The position numbers were made by a program, and so were the translations under genes. This document shows positions 42,578-52,254 of a DNA stretch of 52,254 nt, in pieces. Source of the DNA: a virus (lineage: Duplodnaviria; Caudoviricetes); IMG/VR virus record IMGVR_UViG_3300023184_000171, positions 1-52,254 of that record. One strand, written 5' to 3'. The notes below the pieces were generated by a model. It had not been told where the DNA came from, did no database searches, and saw only the letters and a program-made list of their open reading frames with translations. Each line of letters starts with the position of its first letter. Position 1 is the stretch's first letter.

Positions 42578-45319
42578 TCAAGGCGTAACGCGACCTGCAA
42601 CCTCGGCTGCATTTGGCACTTTATCAACCTGCGCTGACTCTGGCTTTGTAGCATCCCCGCTTAATCTTCTCAGTTCACTTTTGTAAATGCGGTCTCTAAG
42701 GGCGGGGAGTGTGTCATTTGGAAACTTAGCTTTCCAAGCCGCAAGTTCCGGTAAACTTTTCATTACATTTCCGGCGTTATCAGCAGCTTTGTCCCGAATT
42801 GCAGGAGTTATGCCCCCCCGTGGTTGGTTGTAGTAATTAGCACGTCCAAGGTTTTCTTTAATTTCAGAATCAACCCTAGTAGCCTGTGCCCCAGCAAGAA
42901 TTCCTTGCTGCCCAAACAACTTGATTTTAGCCCGTCCTTCTTCTATATCTCCCATAGCTTTCAGATACGCGGTTTCGTCTTGCTTAGTCCAATGCCCAGC
43001 TTGAACCGCAAGTTTTTTACCTTCCATGAGCATGTTTTCGCTCTGGTTATACATATCAGCGGCTATCTTAGTGTCGCCTTGTGCCAAGGTTGCTTTAGCC
43101 ATTGCAAGGCTCATACCCGCAGCAAGAGCCGCTTTCTTATCGGCTTTATCGGTGGCGGTGTAATCCTGCGCACCTTTAGCCAACGCTTCCATAGCGTCCG
43201 CTTGGCGGTCTCCAGACGGCCCCATTTTACGCAGCGCCGCAGCAGCACGGATAAACGCAATACCCGTAGCTTGCGCTTTAGCTTCGTTCCTTTCGTCGTT
43301 TGTGGCGGTCAACCCTTTAAGGAGGTTGGTGGCTTCATCCAGATACCCTTGTGACGCGGAGGTAACTTGGTTCTTGAATGCAGCATATCCTTCTGGTTTT
43401 GGAGGGCCAACTTGAAGGTCGGCAATCCCAGCGGGTTCTTGAGTTGGGGTTGCTGCTGTTTTAGCGGCATCAGTTGCGGCGATACCGTCTGAAAGTCGCT
43501 TTGCGGTTTCCTCAGAGTAGCCTAGCTGCTCTAAGCCTTGTGGCGGCGTTCTAGTCCTGACCGTAGCAGGGGCGGCAACTGGCGCGGCAGCAGGAGGGGC
43601 AGCAACAACGGGAGCAGCAGGAGCGGCAGCAACAGCGGGGGCGGGCGTGGTAGGATTGGATGCGGGTCGCGAATATGGTGATGGCGCGTCAACACCGAGC
43701 ATCCGTAAGCCGCCCATAATTGGCACTCCCATAAGCCGACCCGCAGCACGAAAAGGCTCAGTAACGGCGCTGTTAAAGTTTCTAGCTCCCGCAGCAACAG
43801 TGCCAGCAGCAGAACGGGTAGCATCAACACCCGCCCCCAACGCGTCTTCTAAAGCCGTACGCCGCGCTAGCACTTGAGCGGGGGTTTCCGGTATAAACGG
43901 ATTCTCCCTACGATGCCTGTTATATTCGTCTTCCTGCCCCTCTCCCTCTACTTTACCTTTATTTTGAAAGTGCTGCACCCCGCCACCCCCCGCGTAGCCC
44001 ATCACACCACCCTCGGCAGCTTGCGCAACGTCGTTCATATTCTCAGCCGGGAGGCTGGCAACGCCCCCTTGGTCTTCAGGCATTTGCGCCGGTTGGTTCT
44101 GCGCCATCATGCGGTCTATCACCGAGCCGGGGGATTTGGCTAGTTCCTGCTGGGCTTGTATACCTGCTGAAGCAGTCGCGTTCTTTATCGCCACCGGCAA
44201 CGCTGCGGCAGCTACCCCCGCAGATATGTCGCTGCGCTGTTGGCCTTTGATTATGGCATCCAAGTCTTTAGGGCGCATCGTCAAGGCAAGCTGGTATTGC
44301 GCTTCTATAGACATCCCACCAGCAATCCCACCTCCCACAAACTTCTTAACTTCCCCACCTTCCTTGTAGCCCTTGATTACGCCGCCTTCAGCGCCCAGCA
44401 ACTTACTGGCACCGTATGCGCCAAGGCCAAGACTCATCATGTTGTTAAACGCGGTGGGCGCTGCTTCCATCTTTTGCTGCGTTGTAATCCCACGCCCCTG
44501 AGTTTGCCCATGCAGGATGTCAGACATAAACCCAAGCTGCTGATAAGGGTAGTTCTGCTGGTCTAGGAAGTTCTGATATTGGTTGGTCAAGCCTTGTTGA
44601 TTAAACGCCTGTTGCTGCGCACCAACTTGTTGCTGTGCAGCATTAATACCCATCTGCTGACCGTATTGGTTCTGACCCAACTGCCCAAGTGTGTTGGCCC
44701 CTTGCAATGCTTGGTTGTAGCCTTGCAGCCCTAAACTAGAACCAAACTGTTGGGCTTGCTGGGCGTTCTGAAATGCGTTCTGACTACCGGTGGCTTGGAT
44801 ACCGGCAAGCTGGTTCTGGAGGTTACGTTGCCCTTCACCTTCTACGATAGCCTGACGACTACCACCAAACGCACCTTTGTTTGACGCTGCTGCGCCCATG
44901 CCCGGAAGTTGGCGTCCGTAGTCCATCACCGCTTGTTGCTTTTGGAAATCAGTGACGTTTTGTTGATACGGCGACATGAACGCTTGTATGGCACCGGGGT
45001 TGGTTGCCATCTGGTTGTATTGCTGACCCGCACCCAAACTACCCAGCCCTGCCGCGCCCGCTAGATTAGTAGCTTGTTGGTTCTGCGGAGATACCTGCAT
45101 GTTGTTGACGGTATTAAAAGCTTGCTGCTGCATCGGCGTGAAGTCAGCCAGACGCTGCCCCTGATACTGCTGGTAGGGGTTCTGGTTAATATCCGTCAAC
45201 GCACCGGCTTGCCCAAGCAGCTTCTCTGAATACGGCTGCGCCCATGCTGGGAGATTTGTATTAGTGACAGTCGAACTTGTCGGCTGTTGCTGCTGTTGTC
45301 CGCCGCCGCCTTTACCCAT
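42578..45319 (-). CDS. Internal virion/DNA ejection protein
   Basis: 913 aa; Q/G-rich N-terminus (NPYQQYQGQR, FMSPYQQNV, GAFGGSRQ); located in the ejection module. Confidence 0.7.
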   Translation of the reverse strand: MGKGGGGQQQQQPTSSTVTNTNLPAWAQPYSEKLLGQAGALTDINQNPYQQYQGQRLADFTPMQQQAFNTVNNMQVSPQNQQATNLAGAAGLGSLGAGQQYNQMATNPGAIQAFMSPYQQNVTDFQKQQAVMDYGRQLPGMGAAASNKGAFGGSRQAIVEGEGQRNLQNQLAGIQATGSQNAFQNAQQAQQFGSSLGLQGYNQALQGANTLGQLGQNQYGQQMGINAAQQQVGAQQQAFNQQGLTNQYQNFLDQQNYPYQQLGFMSDILHGQTQGRGITTQQKMEAAPTAFNNMMSLGLGAYGASKLLGAEGGVIKGYKEGGEVKKFVGGGIAGGMSIEAQYQLALTMRPKDLDAIIKGQQRSDISAGVAAAALPVAIKNATASAGIQAQQELAKSPGSVIDRMMAQNQPAQMPEDQGGVASLPAENMNDVAQAAEGGVMGYAGGGGVQHFQNKGKVEGEGQEDEYNRHRRENPFIPETPAQVLARRTALEDALGAGVDATRSAAGTVAAGARNFNSAVTEPFRAAGRLMGVPIMGGLRMLGVDAPSPYSRPASNPTTPAPAVAAAPAAPVVAAPPAAAPVAAPATVRTRTPPQGLEQLGYSEETAKRLSDGIAATDAAKTAATPTQEPAGIADLQVGPPKPEGYAAFKNQVTSASQGYLDEATNLLKGLTATNDERNEAKAQATGIAFIRAAAALRKMGPSGDRQADAMEALAKGAQDYTATDKADKKAALAAGMSLAMAKATLAQGDTKIAADMYNQSENMLMEGKKLAVQAGHWTKQDETAYLKAMGDIEEGRAKIKLFGQQGILAGAQATRVDSEIKENLGRANYYNQPRGGITPAIRDKAADNAGNVMKSLPELAAWKAKFPNDTLPALRDRIYKSELRRLSGDATKPESAQVDKVPNAAEVAGRVTP

Positions 45320-45320
45320 A

Positions 45321-45755
45321 CTATTCTCCTAGTCCCGCTTCAGCAGCGGGAAGTTCAAATGTCTGCCACAACGGTTTATGTCCGTCAGTTTTAAATATTT
45401 TTGCCCAGCCCAAACGGGCTGTTGCTTCAATTCCGTCACACTTACTATCAAAAGCCCATGCCTGTAACATCCTTAGCATCGGGGTTTTCCATTCGTCTAA
45501 ATCAACCCCGCCACAAAATGTCATACACAGAAACTTTCTTCTGGGGTAGTTTATGCAGTTAGTTACAACTGCACCTTTGATATTAGCCCCATCAAATGCA
45601 ATCCAAAGCAAATGCTCGTAATCGGTTATAGCTGTCAGTATGTCGTCAACTTGGTATCTGCCGTGCGTATAGTCCGCTGCACCTTCCAAATACTTTTCAA
45701 CTTGAGGCCATATTTGGTTAACCATCGTAGGCGGAACCAAACTAATTTGTATCAT
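45321..45755 (-). CDS. GNAT-like virion-module protein
   Basis: LWIAF...GAVVT...YPR...FCGG..L.EW...ARLGWAK; position analogous to T7 gp13. Confidence 0.6.
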   Translation of the reverse strand: MIQISLVPPTMVNQIWPQVEKYLEGAADYTHGRYQVDDILTAITDYEHLLWIAFDGANIKGAVVTNCINYPRRKFLCMTFCGGVDLDEWKTPMLRMLQAWAFDSKCDGIEATARLGWAKIFKTDGHKPLWQTFELPAAEAGLGE

Positions 45756-47320
45756 GCGGGCATAAAGTTAGCGGGGTTAATCTGACGCCCCTGTTTCTTG
45801 TTGCCAGTTCTTGCGTGACGAATCTTGTCCATCATGGCATAAAGCCTCTTGGCTCCAGCATCCGTCGAACCGTTGCCCAAGTGCGAAACTACGTCCGCAG
45901 GGACTACAAACTCCCCTTGCGCCAACGCAGCCCGTTGGGGTCTGGCACCCTTGATTACCGCAGGGATGGAGTCGGACATGCCGTCTCCCGGCCCTTGGAG
46001 CAGTTTACCACCCGCAGCGTATTCATTGGGCAGGGAGGCAACGCCGCCTTGGGCTAACTCGGTATACTTCTGCCCACCGGGGTCGTAGGAGTATTGTTTA
46101 GCTTTAGCTTCAGGTGGCCCCATTGCCATCACTTGACTGATTAGGTCTGAAAAAAACCCACCGCCAGCCATCCCCATAATCCCACCCTGCGCTGCCCTCT
46201 GCGTAGCTTTCTGCGTGGGTCTTTGCGTAGCTCCTGCAAAGTCGCCTTGCCCACGACTATACAGAGCTATCAACTTAGTCAGATATTCGTCTTTTTCTCT
46301 TGCAGAACGGTCATAGGGGCCAGCCGTCGAACCACCATACGGGCCGACAGGCGCAGTGTCCCCGCCCTGAGCCATGCCCTTAATTTCCCCGCCCTGCGCC
46401 GCGTTGTAGTAGGGCGTGGAACCTATTTGCCGGTAAGACGGGGCGGATATTAATCTGCCGCTGGCGTCGTATCTAGGCTGGTCGTAGGCGTAGTCTTGGC
46501 GCGTCCCTTGCAGGGTTGGGGCGGCGGGGTCAGCTTGCTTTGGCGTCATCATACCGGCAAGCCCCATCCCCGTTGCTATAAGGGGGAGTTTGTTGTTTTT
46601 TACAAAATCCATTGCGTTTTGGCCGGATGAGGTTATTTGCTTAAACCCGGCACCAAGCTTGTCCGTGTAAGACGGCATAGTTGGAGGTACAATATCCGGT
46701 GCCCCAGAATACGCAAGATTTTTAGTTGTAGGGTCTGAAAAATATTGCGGTTTATCAATAGGGTTGTACGGCTTTAGCATTGGATCAGCGGTTTCAAACA
46801 TAGGGGTTCTAAATGCGCTGGAGTCTCCTACAAACCCAAGTTTGTCAGAATCAATCTGGGGCAAATTTATTTCAGGCGTATAAAGGTTTTCTGCGCCCTT
46901 CAAAGCCTCGTTTGTTACGAAATCTTTGCCCGCGTCTTGTGCTGCGGTACGCGTAGCTTCGCTAAGAGCATCTCCGCCAACGCTTTCTACCCCACCCAGC
47001 AGCGAAGCTCCACCATAGCCCAGCGCACCGGCACCCAGAGCTTTACCTATGTCGCCTGTTTTTGCATAAGAAGTCAGTCCACTTGCAAGACCAGCACCGA
47101 TGGGGCCAAACATCATGCCCCCAACAATCGGAGCGGCAAAGCCAAGAACGTCTTCAAGAAACCCTGCCTCAACCAAGCCGGTATGGGGATTAACAGTGAG
47201 GGAGCCGCCGTGGGCAAGGGCTAATTGCTGAAGCCCCGCGACTTCACCGGGGGTCATGTGAACAAGTTGGGTGTCGTTGTTACGACCGAGAGAAGCGATG
47301 CCTTGGGCTAGTTGTTGCAT
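45752..47320 (-). CDS. Internal virion/pilot protein with repeated AxGG motifs
   Basis: N-terminal GRNNDT.LVH..PGE...NP.TGL.E; C-terminal GPGDGMSDSIPA...GEFVVPADVV. Confidence 0.7.
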   Translation of the reverse strand: MQQLAQGIASLGRNNDTQLVHMTPGEVAGLQQLALAHGGSLTVNPHTGLVEAGFLEDVLGFAAPIVGGMMFGPIGAGLASGLTSYAKTGDIGKALGAGALGYGGASLLGGVESVGGDALSEATRTAAQDAGKDFVTNEALKGAENLYTPEINLPQIDSDKLGFVGDSSAFRTPMFETADPMLKPYNPIDKPQYFSDPTTKNLAYSGAPDIVPPTMPSYTDKLGAGFKQITSSGQNAMDFVKNNKLPLIATGMGLAGMMTPKQADPAAPTLQGTRQDYAYDQPRYDASGRLISAPSYRQIGSTPYYNAAQGGEIKGMAQGGDTAPVGPYGGSTAGPYDRSAREKDEYLTKLIALYSRGQGDFAGATQRPTQKATQRAAQGGIMGMAGGGFFSDLISQVMAMGPPEAKAKQYSYDPGGQKYTELAQGGVASLPNEYAAGGKLLQGPGDGMSDSIPAVIKGARPQRAALAQGEFVVPADVVSHLGNGSTDAGAKRLYAMMDKIRHARTGNKKQGRQINPANFMPA

Positions 47321-47328
47321 AGTATTCC

Positions 47329-47667
47329 TTATGTAGCTTCGCCGCCGCTGGCGGTTATGGTTAGACCTGTGTTGGAGCCTTTAACGCTGATGAACGTCCC
47401 AGCAACTAATACCTGTAACCCGCGCCACGACAGAGTGGTGTTTGCAGCAATGGTATACCCCGAATACAACGCGTTTGCTGCCCCCGCCGAACCGCCCGTA
47501 GCAACCAGAGAGATGAATATTGTCAGCGCCCCGCTCGTGGTGTTAGAAACATCTATGCTTTTTAATAACGTGCGCGTAAGTGTTGGAGTAGTATATAGCG
47601 TAACAAAAGCACTGGTAACTGCGGTTGCCGGTATAAGCACATTTGCCGTTATGTTCTGAAAAGCCAT
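47329..47667 (-). CDS. Small tail-associated beta protein
   Basis: 112 aa, T/V-rich; LYTTP and SGGE motifs; downstream of the nozzle gene. Confidence 0.6.
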   Translation of the reverse strand: MAFQNITANVLIPATAVTSAFVTLYTTPTLTRTLLKSIDVSNTTSGALTIFISLVATGGSAGAANALYSGYTIAANTTLSWRGLQVLVAGTFISVKGSNTGLTITASGGEAT

Positions 47668-47852
47668 CAGTCACTCCCTAGCCATTGTAGGGTAGTTAAC
47701 CCATTGACTGCTTGGATAATTTGGGCATTATTGCTGTCTAGCTGGTTAAAGTATAGCCGCAACGTATTCAAAAGCTGGTCTTGATACCGTTGTTCGTATT
47801 CCAACGGCCCTACTGGAAGGCTTGGAGCTAGTGCGGGGAATATGTTTTCCAC
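47667..47852 (-). CDS. Small structural hypothetical protein
   Basis: APSLP..P.EY...Y...L...LRLYFNQLD; coupled to both neighbours. Confidence 0.6.
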   Translation of the reverse strand: MENIFPALAPSLPVGPLEYEQRYQDQLLNTLRLYFNQLDSNNAQIIQAVNGLTTLQWLGSD

Positions 47853-50035
47853 TACCTTCTCCCATCAGGTCTGACATCAATTCTGGTAGCACCCAACTGC
47901 CACGCTACACCAATCTCCGTAGACTCAATCTTGAACGCCATCTGCCGCCCACGTATTCGCGTGTAAACCTGCCCAGTGAAAAGCTGAACAACATAGTTAT
48001 GGTTCAGCGGAGAGGAGTAGTTATTACCGCTGATTACAGCAGGAGCATCACCAACGCCGTAGTTAGTGCCTGAGTTTTGGCGCGGACGCACAGACAGATT
48101 GACCTTGGGTGCAGCTACCGTAGAACCGTCAAACGTAACGTCAGGCAGCATCCGCCATACAAAGCCAAAGTTATGCCCGTCACCAATATCAAAGTCAGAA
48201 GACTGAACGTAAGCGTTGATAGATGTAGGAGTTACATTGGAGTAATCGTCTGTTCCGTTCTCGTGGAACATGACTTGATTTGGTGTCAGGTAGGTTACCG
48301 CTGAGTATTGAACGTGTGTTGCGGCAGTCGTAGCAGCCCCAGTAACCGGATTAACTGCGCCACGAGAACACCCAGTCAACGTATTACCGTCGCCACTGTC
48401 GTGAGCCGTATAGCTTATGTATTCAGAGTCAATAACCAAGGTGCCTGAATTGGGGTAAGAATACCCGTTAAGCAGTGTCAGCGACGTAGCCGTTGTAGAG
48501 GTTATAGCTGTTGCCAAGAATGAATTCTGCACACTCTGTGCGCCCATCGGATATTGACGAAGCGGAGAATCCAACCATGCTGTGCGGTTCATGGTGCCGT
48601 AATACCAAATTTTTTCCAAATGGTTGTAGATAACATAGCGGTTGTTTACTGGGCTATTGGCAGACGGATAAAACCACCACACTTCGTTGAAGCCCTCATT
48701 AGTGCCAGCAACGATCTGATAAGATTGGGATTGGTTTATGTCATTAAAGACATACTGCCGAAGGGTGCAAGGAACGGTATCCACACGACCCGTGTAAACG
48801 TAGAACTTATCTACCCCCATCCAAAACGTCTGGTTATTTACCGAAGCAATAGCGTTAGGCGATATGATGGAAACGTTGTCCATCAGCAGGTTGAAGCCCC
48901 AGACATAGGGTGGCCCCAAATACTGCATGGTGAACAACGCCGCGTCTGTCCAAATTAAGACTTCCTGCTTTGCCGTTCTTGCGGCGACAATTGTTGAACC
49001 ACCAGCAAGCTTGTATTCACCGGATTGGTTGGTTGCAGCGGGAACCCATGTGTATGCATCTTCTTGGTCAGACCAACGCACAATCATCGGGTCAAATGTC
49101 GTGGCTGAGTTACCGGGGACGTATGGGTTTGAACCAAACGCTATGACAAATCGTTGAACATCTGAGGCTATGACAGCAAGCGTAGTTGTCGGGGTATATG
49201 GGCCGTTTGTTGCATTGTATGTAGTTGCCAAACTTGTCAGTGTCACTGCCCGTGCATACGTGGATGTATCTACAGCCCAGTAGTAAATAGCGCCACCACG
49301 CGGGGCAAAGATTAAGTCCTGACCAAAGTTATCCGCAGTCCACAACCGAAGCTGTGTGCCAATAGAGTTTGCCGTAGCAGAGGCATCGCCCCATCCATAA
49401 GCCCCGTTCCACGGGCCAGCGCCCCAACCATTGCTAGTAGTGTAAGTGGCGCTGCCAGCGGCAATTTGGAAGTTAGCAACAACAGAAGCGCCACCAGTAT
49501 TGGCGCTTGTAGAAGTAGCCGCAGTCGGGCTAATGATGGTAAACGTGTTGCCTGTTGGGGTTGATATGGCTTCAAACTCACCATTAAGCGTCAAACCGCC
49601 GCCCGCTACAGCGCCAGAGAATGTAACCCAAGTGCCGGGGGATATACCATGCGCTGAGACAGTAACTAAAACCAGCTTGGAGCCGCTGGTAGTGGCAAAC
49701 GGGCCAGTCCCGCCAATAGATACCGGAGACGCCGCAGTCAGTGGGGTAACGTCGTGATACAACCCACCGTTCTCAACATAGTATTTCTGGTTAGTGCCTA
49801 CCCCGTTCAGGTTGCTGTAGTTCAGCGTAACCCAGTTATTCATATCACGGCTTACACCATTGTAGGTATTAACCACCCCACCAGTTGATGCAGCCAAGTT
49901 AGTCCAGCCGCCGATCTTCTCAGGCTGACCGGAACGGAACCTGATCTTGTCAGATTCAAACCACCCGCCTTCATTGGCGTAGGTTGTGCTTTCCCGGTTA
50001 ACCCCCGGTCTTAGTTGTAATTTTTGTAGTGGCAT
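47852..50035 (-). CDS. Tail nozzle/stabilisation protein (P22 gp10 or tail tubular B-like)
   Basis: 727 aa, beta-rich; PEKIGGW, VRWSDQE, EVWWFYPS and C-terminal RPDGRR. Confidence 0.75.
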   Translation of the reverse strand: MPLQKLQLRPGVNRESTTYANEGGWFESDKIRFRSGQPEKIGGWTNLAASTGGVVNTYNGVSRDMNNWVTLNYSNLNGVGTNQKYYVENGGLYHDVTPLTAASPVSIGGTGPFATTSGSKLVLVTVSAHGISPGTWVTFSGAVAGGGLTLNGEFEAISTPTGNTFTIISPTAATSTSANTGGASVVANFQIAAGSATYTTSNGWGAGPWNGAYGWGDASATANSIGTQLRLWTADNFGQDLIFAPRGGAIYYWAVDTSTYARAVTLTSLATTYNATNGPYTPTTTLAVIASDVQRFVIAFGSNPYVPGNSATTFDPMIVRWSDQEDAYTWVPAATNQSGEYKLAGGSTIVAARTAKQEVLIWTDAALFTMQYLGPPYVWGFNLLMDNVSIISPNAIASVNNQTFWMGVDKFYVYTGRVDTVPCTLRQYVFNDINQSQSYQIVAGTNEGFNEVWWFYPSANSPVNNRYVIYNHLEKIWYYGTMNRTAWLDSPLRQYPMGAQSVQNSFLATAITSTTATSLTLLNGYSYPNSGTLVIDSEYISYTAHDSGDGNTLTGCSRGAVNPVTGAATTAATHVQYSAVTYLTPNQVMFHENGTDDYSNVTPTSINAYVQSSDFDIGDGHNFGFVWRMLPDVTFDGSTVAAPKVNLSVRPRQNSGTNYGVGDAPAVISGNNYSSPLNHNYVVQLFTGQVYTRIRGRQMAFKIESTEIGVAWQLGATRIDVRPDGRR

Positions 50036-50418
50036 TATGGTATAAAAAACCTATGTCCAGAACGTGGTGGAACACACTGGATATGGCACCAAGTCGGCGT
50101 AGCCACATCATCTTCTAGCCAAAGACCTATGCCCTCTAGTATCTGGACATTGTTGCGACAGAACTTATCCAACTCTCCGTCGTTGTCTTCAATGTCTACT
50201 GCGTGACCCGTCATGTGCTTTGAATGCGGAGCGCCACCAGCATGGTTGTTTACCGCCGAAGGACGCCAACCTGACCGTAGCCCCCGGTCTACCCCAAAAG
50301 CAGCGATTAGCTGGTTAGCCTTCTCACAGATAATAGCAGCATTCGTCTTGATATCTTCGGTCAACTCCATCTCATGACCTTTCAGATGCTGACCTAGATA
50401 CTGGGCTACGGTAATCAT
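50035..50418 (-). CDS. Endolysin, peptidase M15-like
   Basis: SGWRP..N...GG...SKHMTGHAVD...WCHIQ Zn-peptidase motifs; adjacent to the holin. Confidence 0.8.
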   Translation of the reverse strand: MITVAQYLGQHLKGHEMELTEDIKTNAAIICEKANQLIAAFGVDRGLRSGWRPSAVNNHAGGAPHSKHMTGHAVDIEDNDGELDKFCRNNVQILEGIGLWLEDDVATPTWCHIQCVPPRSGHRFFIP

Positions 50419-50849
50419 CTATGTCCTTCTACGTTTTTTACCTTTTCCACCGTTCTGTATGCGCCAAGCCCAAGGATTCCCATCAGTATCTGCATCGTCA
50501 GGTTGGTGTCTATAACAGGGAAATCCCCAACGTAGCCGAACCAGACTTTAGCCACAAACCGCGATACCGGCTCCACCACAGAAACGTAAGCTAAGGATAC
50601 GCCGCATGTCCACATAATAAACGGCCTTGCGCCAGCAACAAACCAGTTAGTCGATTTCGCTTCTTCAATATTAGTTTGAATTTGAAGTTTAGCCAAATCA
50701 GTTTCTGCGGCAAGCTGGGCTAAGTCACCACTCTGCTGCATCTTCAGTAGTTCAAGCTGGGCAGCCGCTTTTTTCTCCGGGTCAGGGAAGAATCGCTCAA
50801 TCAAAGACTGGGCAGCAGAGAACAGACCTGATATGACCAGCGGGTTCAT
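50415..50849 (-). CDS. Holin (3TM, GTA-holin-like)
   Basis: IERFFPDP...EA.S.NWFVAGARPFIMW...LGLGAYRTVEK. Confidence 0.8.
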   Translation of the reverse strand: MNPLVISGLFSAAQSLIERFFPDPEKKAAAQLELLKMQQSGDLAQLAAETDLAKLQIQTNIEEAKSTNWFVAGARPFIMWTCGVSLAYVSVVEPVSRFVAKVWFGYVGDFPVIDTNLTMQILMGILGLGAYRTVEKVKNVEGHR

Positions 50850-51082
50850 TTGTCGGCTTTGTTTTCTAACTTCTCAAAAATCTTTGCGAGCATCGCTTTT
50901 ATGTCCCGGATGTCCTCGCGATAGTCGCTCCGAATAACGTATTCTTTTGGCAAATCCTCGCGCAGCTTGGCAAGATCGGCTTTGAGTTCTTTGACCGCCG
51001 CCCACAGTTCCCGCGCAAACCAGCCAAGAACGGTAAAACCACCACCCAGAAGCGCGTTTATTAGATGTTGGTTTTCCATCAC
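50846..51082 (-). CDS. Small membrane-anchored coiled-coil protein in the lysis module
   Basis: N-terminal hydrophobic helix, LPKEYV and a C-terminal KLENKADK. Confidence 0.65.
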   Translation of the reverse strand: MMENQHLINALLGGGFTVLGWFARELWAAVKELKADLAKLREDLPKEYVIRSDYREDIRDIKAMLAKIFEKLENKADK

Positions 51083-51089
51083 TTATCCG

Positions 51090-51935
51090 TTATGAAAATG
51101 TAATTGAACCTGAACCGGTAAAATCGTAATAACGAAATCCGCCAGTTACAGTAACAGTTGGGCTTCCAGTGGTGGCTATTGCCGCAGCAAGAGTGTCTGC
51201 GTATCGTATGCAAACCCGACCTGAACCGCCTGACGCAGCCGTTGAAACATACGCCTGACCAGAGCCACCACCACCCCCGCCAGTGTTTATTGTTCCAACA
51301 GTACCTATAAGTCCGTTTAAACCCCCAGCACCACCACCTCCAGTACCTGCGGCTGCAACAGTTCCACCAGAAGCTGCGCCTCCCGACCCACCGCCAGCAT
51401 AAGTAACTGAGACACCTGCGGCGTAAAGAGATGCGGTACCATTTCCTCCAGCACCTGATATTGTGCTGGAAACTGAAGCTGCGCCCGCCGAAGTTGCGCC
51501 ACCACCACCACCGCCCGCGTCTGACGAAGCCCCGTTACCATTGCCACCGTTATTCCCTTGTCCAGCAGTACCCGCCCCACCAGTAGCGCCGTTTGGATTG
51601 CCACCACCGCCAGACCCACCACTGCCACCAGTTTGTTCAGCAGAAGCACTACCACCCCCACCACCGCCAATAGAAGTAATGGAAGAAAATGCAGAATTAC
51701 CACCTACTGACCCACGCACTGAATTTGAAGTCGCCCCTGATCCTCCAGCACCAACAGTCACCGTTATTGCACCAGAGCTAATTGCAAATGCCGTAGCTGT
51801 GCGAAAACCTCCCGCACCACCACCACCGCCTCTGGAGTTACCACCACCGCCGCCACCAGCAATGACTAAGTAATCCACTGCCGTTGGGGGGAAGAAAACG
51901 GCACCACCCACCAGCATATGCATGATACCGCTCAC
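51090..51935 (-). CDS. Glycine-rich tail-fibre-associated protein
   Basis: VDYLVIAGGGGGG...GGSGRVCIRY...YYDFTGSGSITF; GTG start overlaps the upstream TAG. Confidence 0.75.
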   Translation of the reverse strand: MSGIMHMLVGGAVFFPPTAVDYLVIAGGGGGGNSRGGGGGAGGFRTATAFAISSGAITVTVGAGGSGATSNSVRGSVGGNSAFSSITSIGGGGGGSASAEQTGGSGGSGGGGNPNGATGGAGTAGQGNNGGNGNGASSDAGGGGGGATSAGAASVSSTISGAGGNGTASLYAAGVSVTYAGGGSGGAASGGTVAAAGTGGGGAGGLNGLIGTVGTINTGGGGGGSGQAYVSTAASGGSGRVCIRYADTLAAAIATTGSPTVTVTGGFRYYDFTGSGSITFS

Positions 51936-52254
51936 TAGCTTACCCCAGCACCAGAAACAAACCACGTATCGGTAGCCACCTTAAGGCACGTTGCCACACC
52001 TTTGGTAGCCACAGTCCGGTTACCAGTATTAGATGTTCCGGCTTGATACACCGTTAAAGATGTGGTGACGATAGTGATTGAGGTTGTGCCGTTGTTTACG
52101 ATAGTGAATGCAGTTCCAATTGGGAAGGCTACCGAAGCATTGGTTGGGATGGTAATACTCTGTGCGCCTGAGTTAGTGCTGTAGATATGCTTGCCACCGT
52201 CAATCAGGACAAGCGTGTAGTTGCTGGATTGAATGTTTTGTGGAATATCCCGAT
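51935..52254 (-). CDS. Tail fibre protein, C-terminal fragment (5'-truncated)
   Basis: Open frame RDIPQNIQSSNYTLVLIDGGKHI...TIPTNASVAFPIGTAFTIVN...DTWFVSGAGVS ending at TAG 51937-51935. Confidence 0.7.
   Translation of the reverse strand, partial: RDIPQNIQSSNYTLVLIDGGKHIYSTNSGAQSITIPTNASVAFPIGTAFTIVNNGTTSITIVTTSLTVYQAGTSNTGNRTVATKGVATCLKVATDTWFVSGAGVS

Noticed and set aside
51090-52254. Diversity-generating retroelement acting on the tail fibre
   Set aside because: No reverse transcriptase and no TR/VR repeat pair were seen in the window.

Overview
This window is about 52 kb of a tailed dsDNA phage genome with a podovirus-like virion module. The host cannot be determined from the sequence. 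Both ends are cut inside the structural region: the probable major capsid start codon is at the left edge and a partial tail-fibre gene is at the right edge. There are three blocks. (1) 1-7512, minus strand: head and packaging genes (decoration protein, scaffold, GroES-like protein, portal, large and probable small terminase). (2) 7950-33972, plus strand: early and replication genes, including many small ORFs, a Cys-rich protein, an M28-like peptidase, a MoxR AAA/vWA trio, a repeat-jointed cassette array with an adenine methylase, a HicA-like protein, VRR-NUC, PolA, a Cas4-like nuclease, HNH, SNF2 helicase, an SSB-like protein and a primase-helicase. (3) 33953-52254, minus strand: a 2867-aa LPD38-type polyvalent protein, other ejection proteins, tail nozzle, lysis and fibre genes. 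No integrase, tRNA or CRISPR array was seen. The most notable signal is a predicted ~70-nt small RNA (~7575-7645) with its own sigma70-like promoter and terminator. Its 5' seed (GCUCCUUCGUUGUGAAGC) is complementary to a CACAAC..AGGAG element overlapping the ribosome-binding sites of about 7-8 early and replication genes, including PolA, the primase-helicase and the MoxR ATPase. Other signals: seven copies of a TAGGTGTG-N5-CACACCTA palindrome, a second palindrome family, an ori-like segment, a structured RNA candidate at 15130-15285, gene-junction repeats, and an internal twin-arginine motif in the giant protein. All product calls come from motifs read by eye; no database searches were run.
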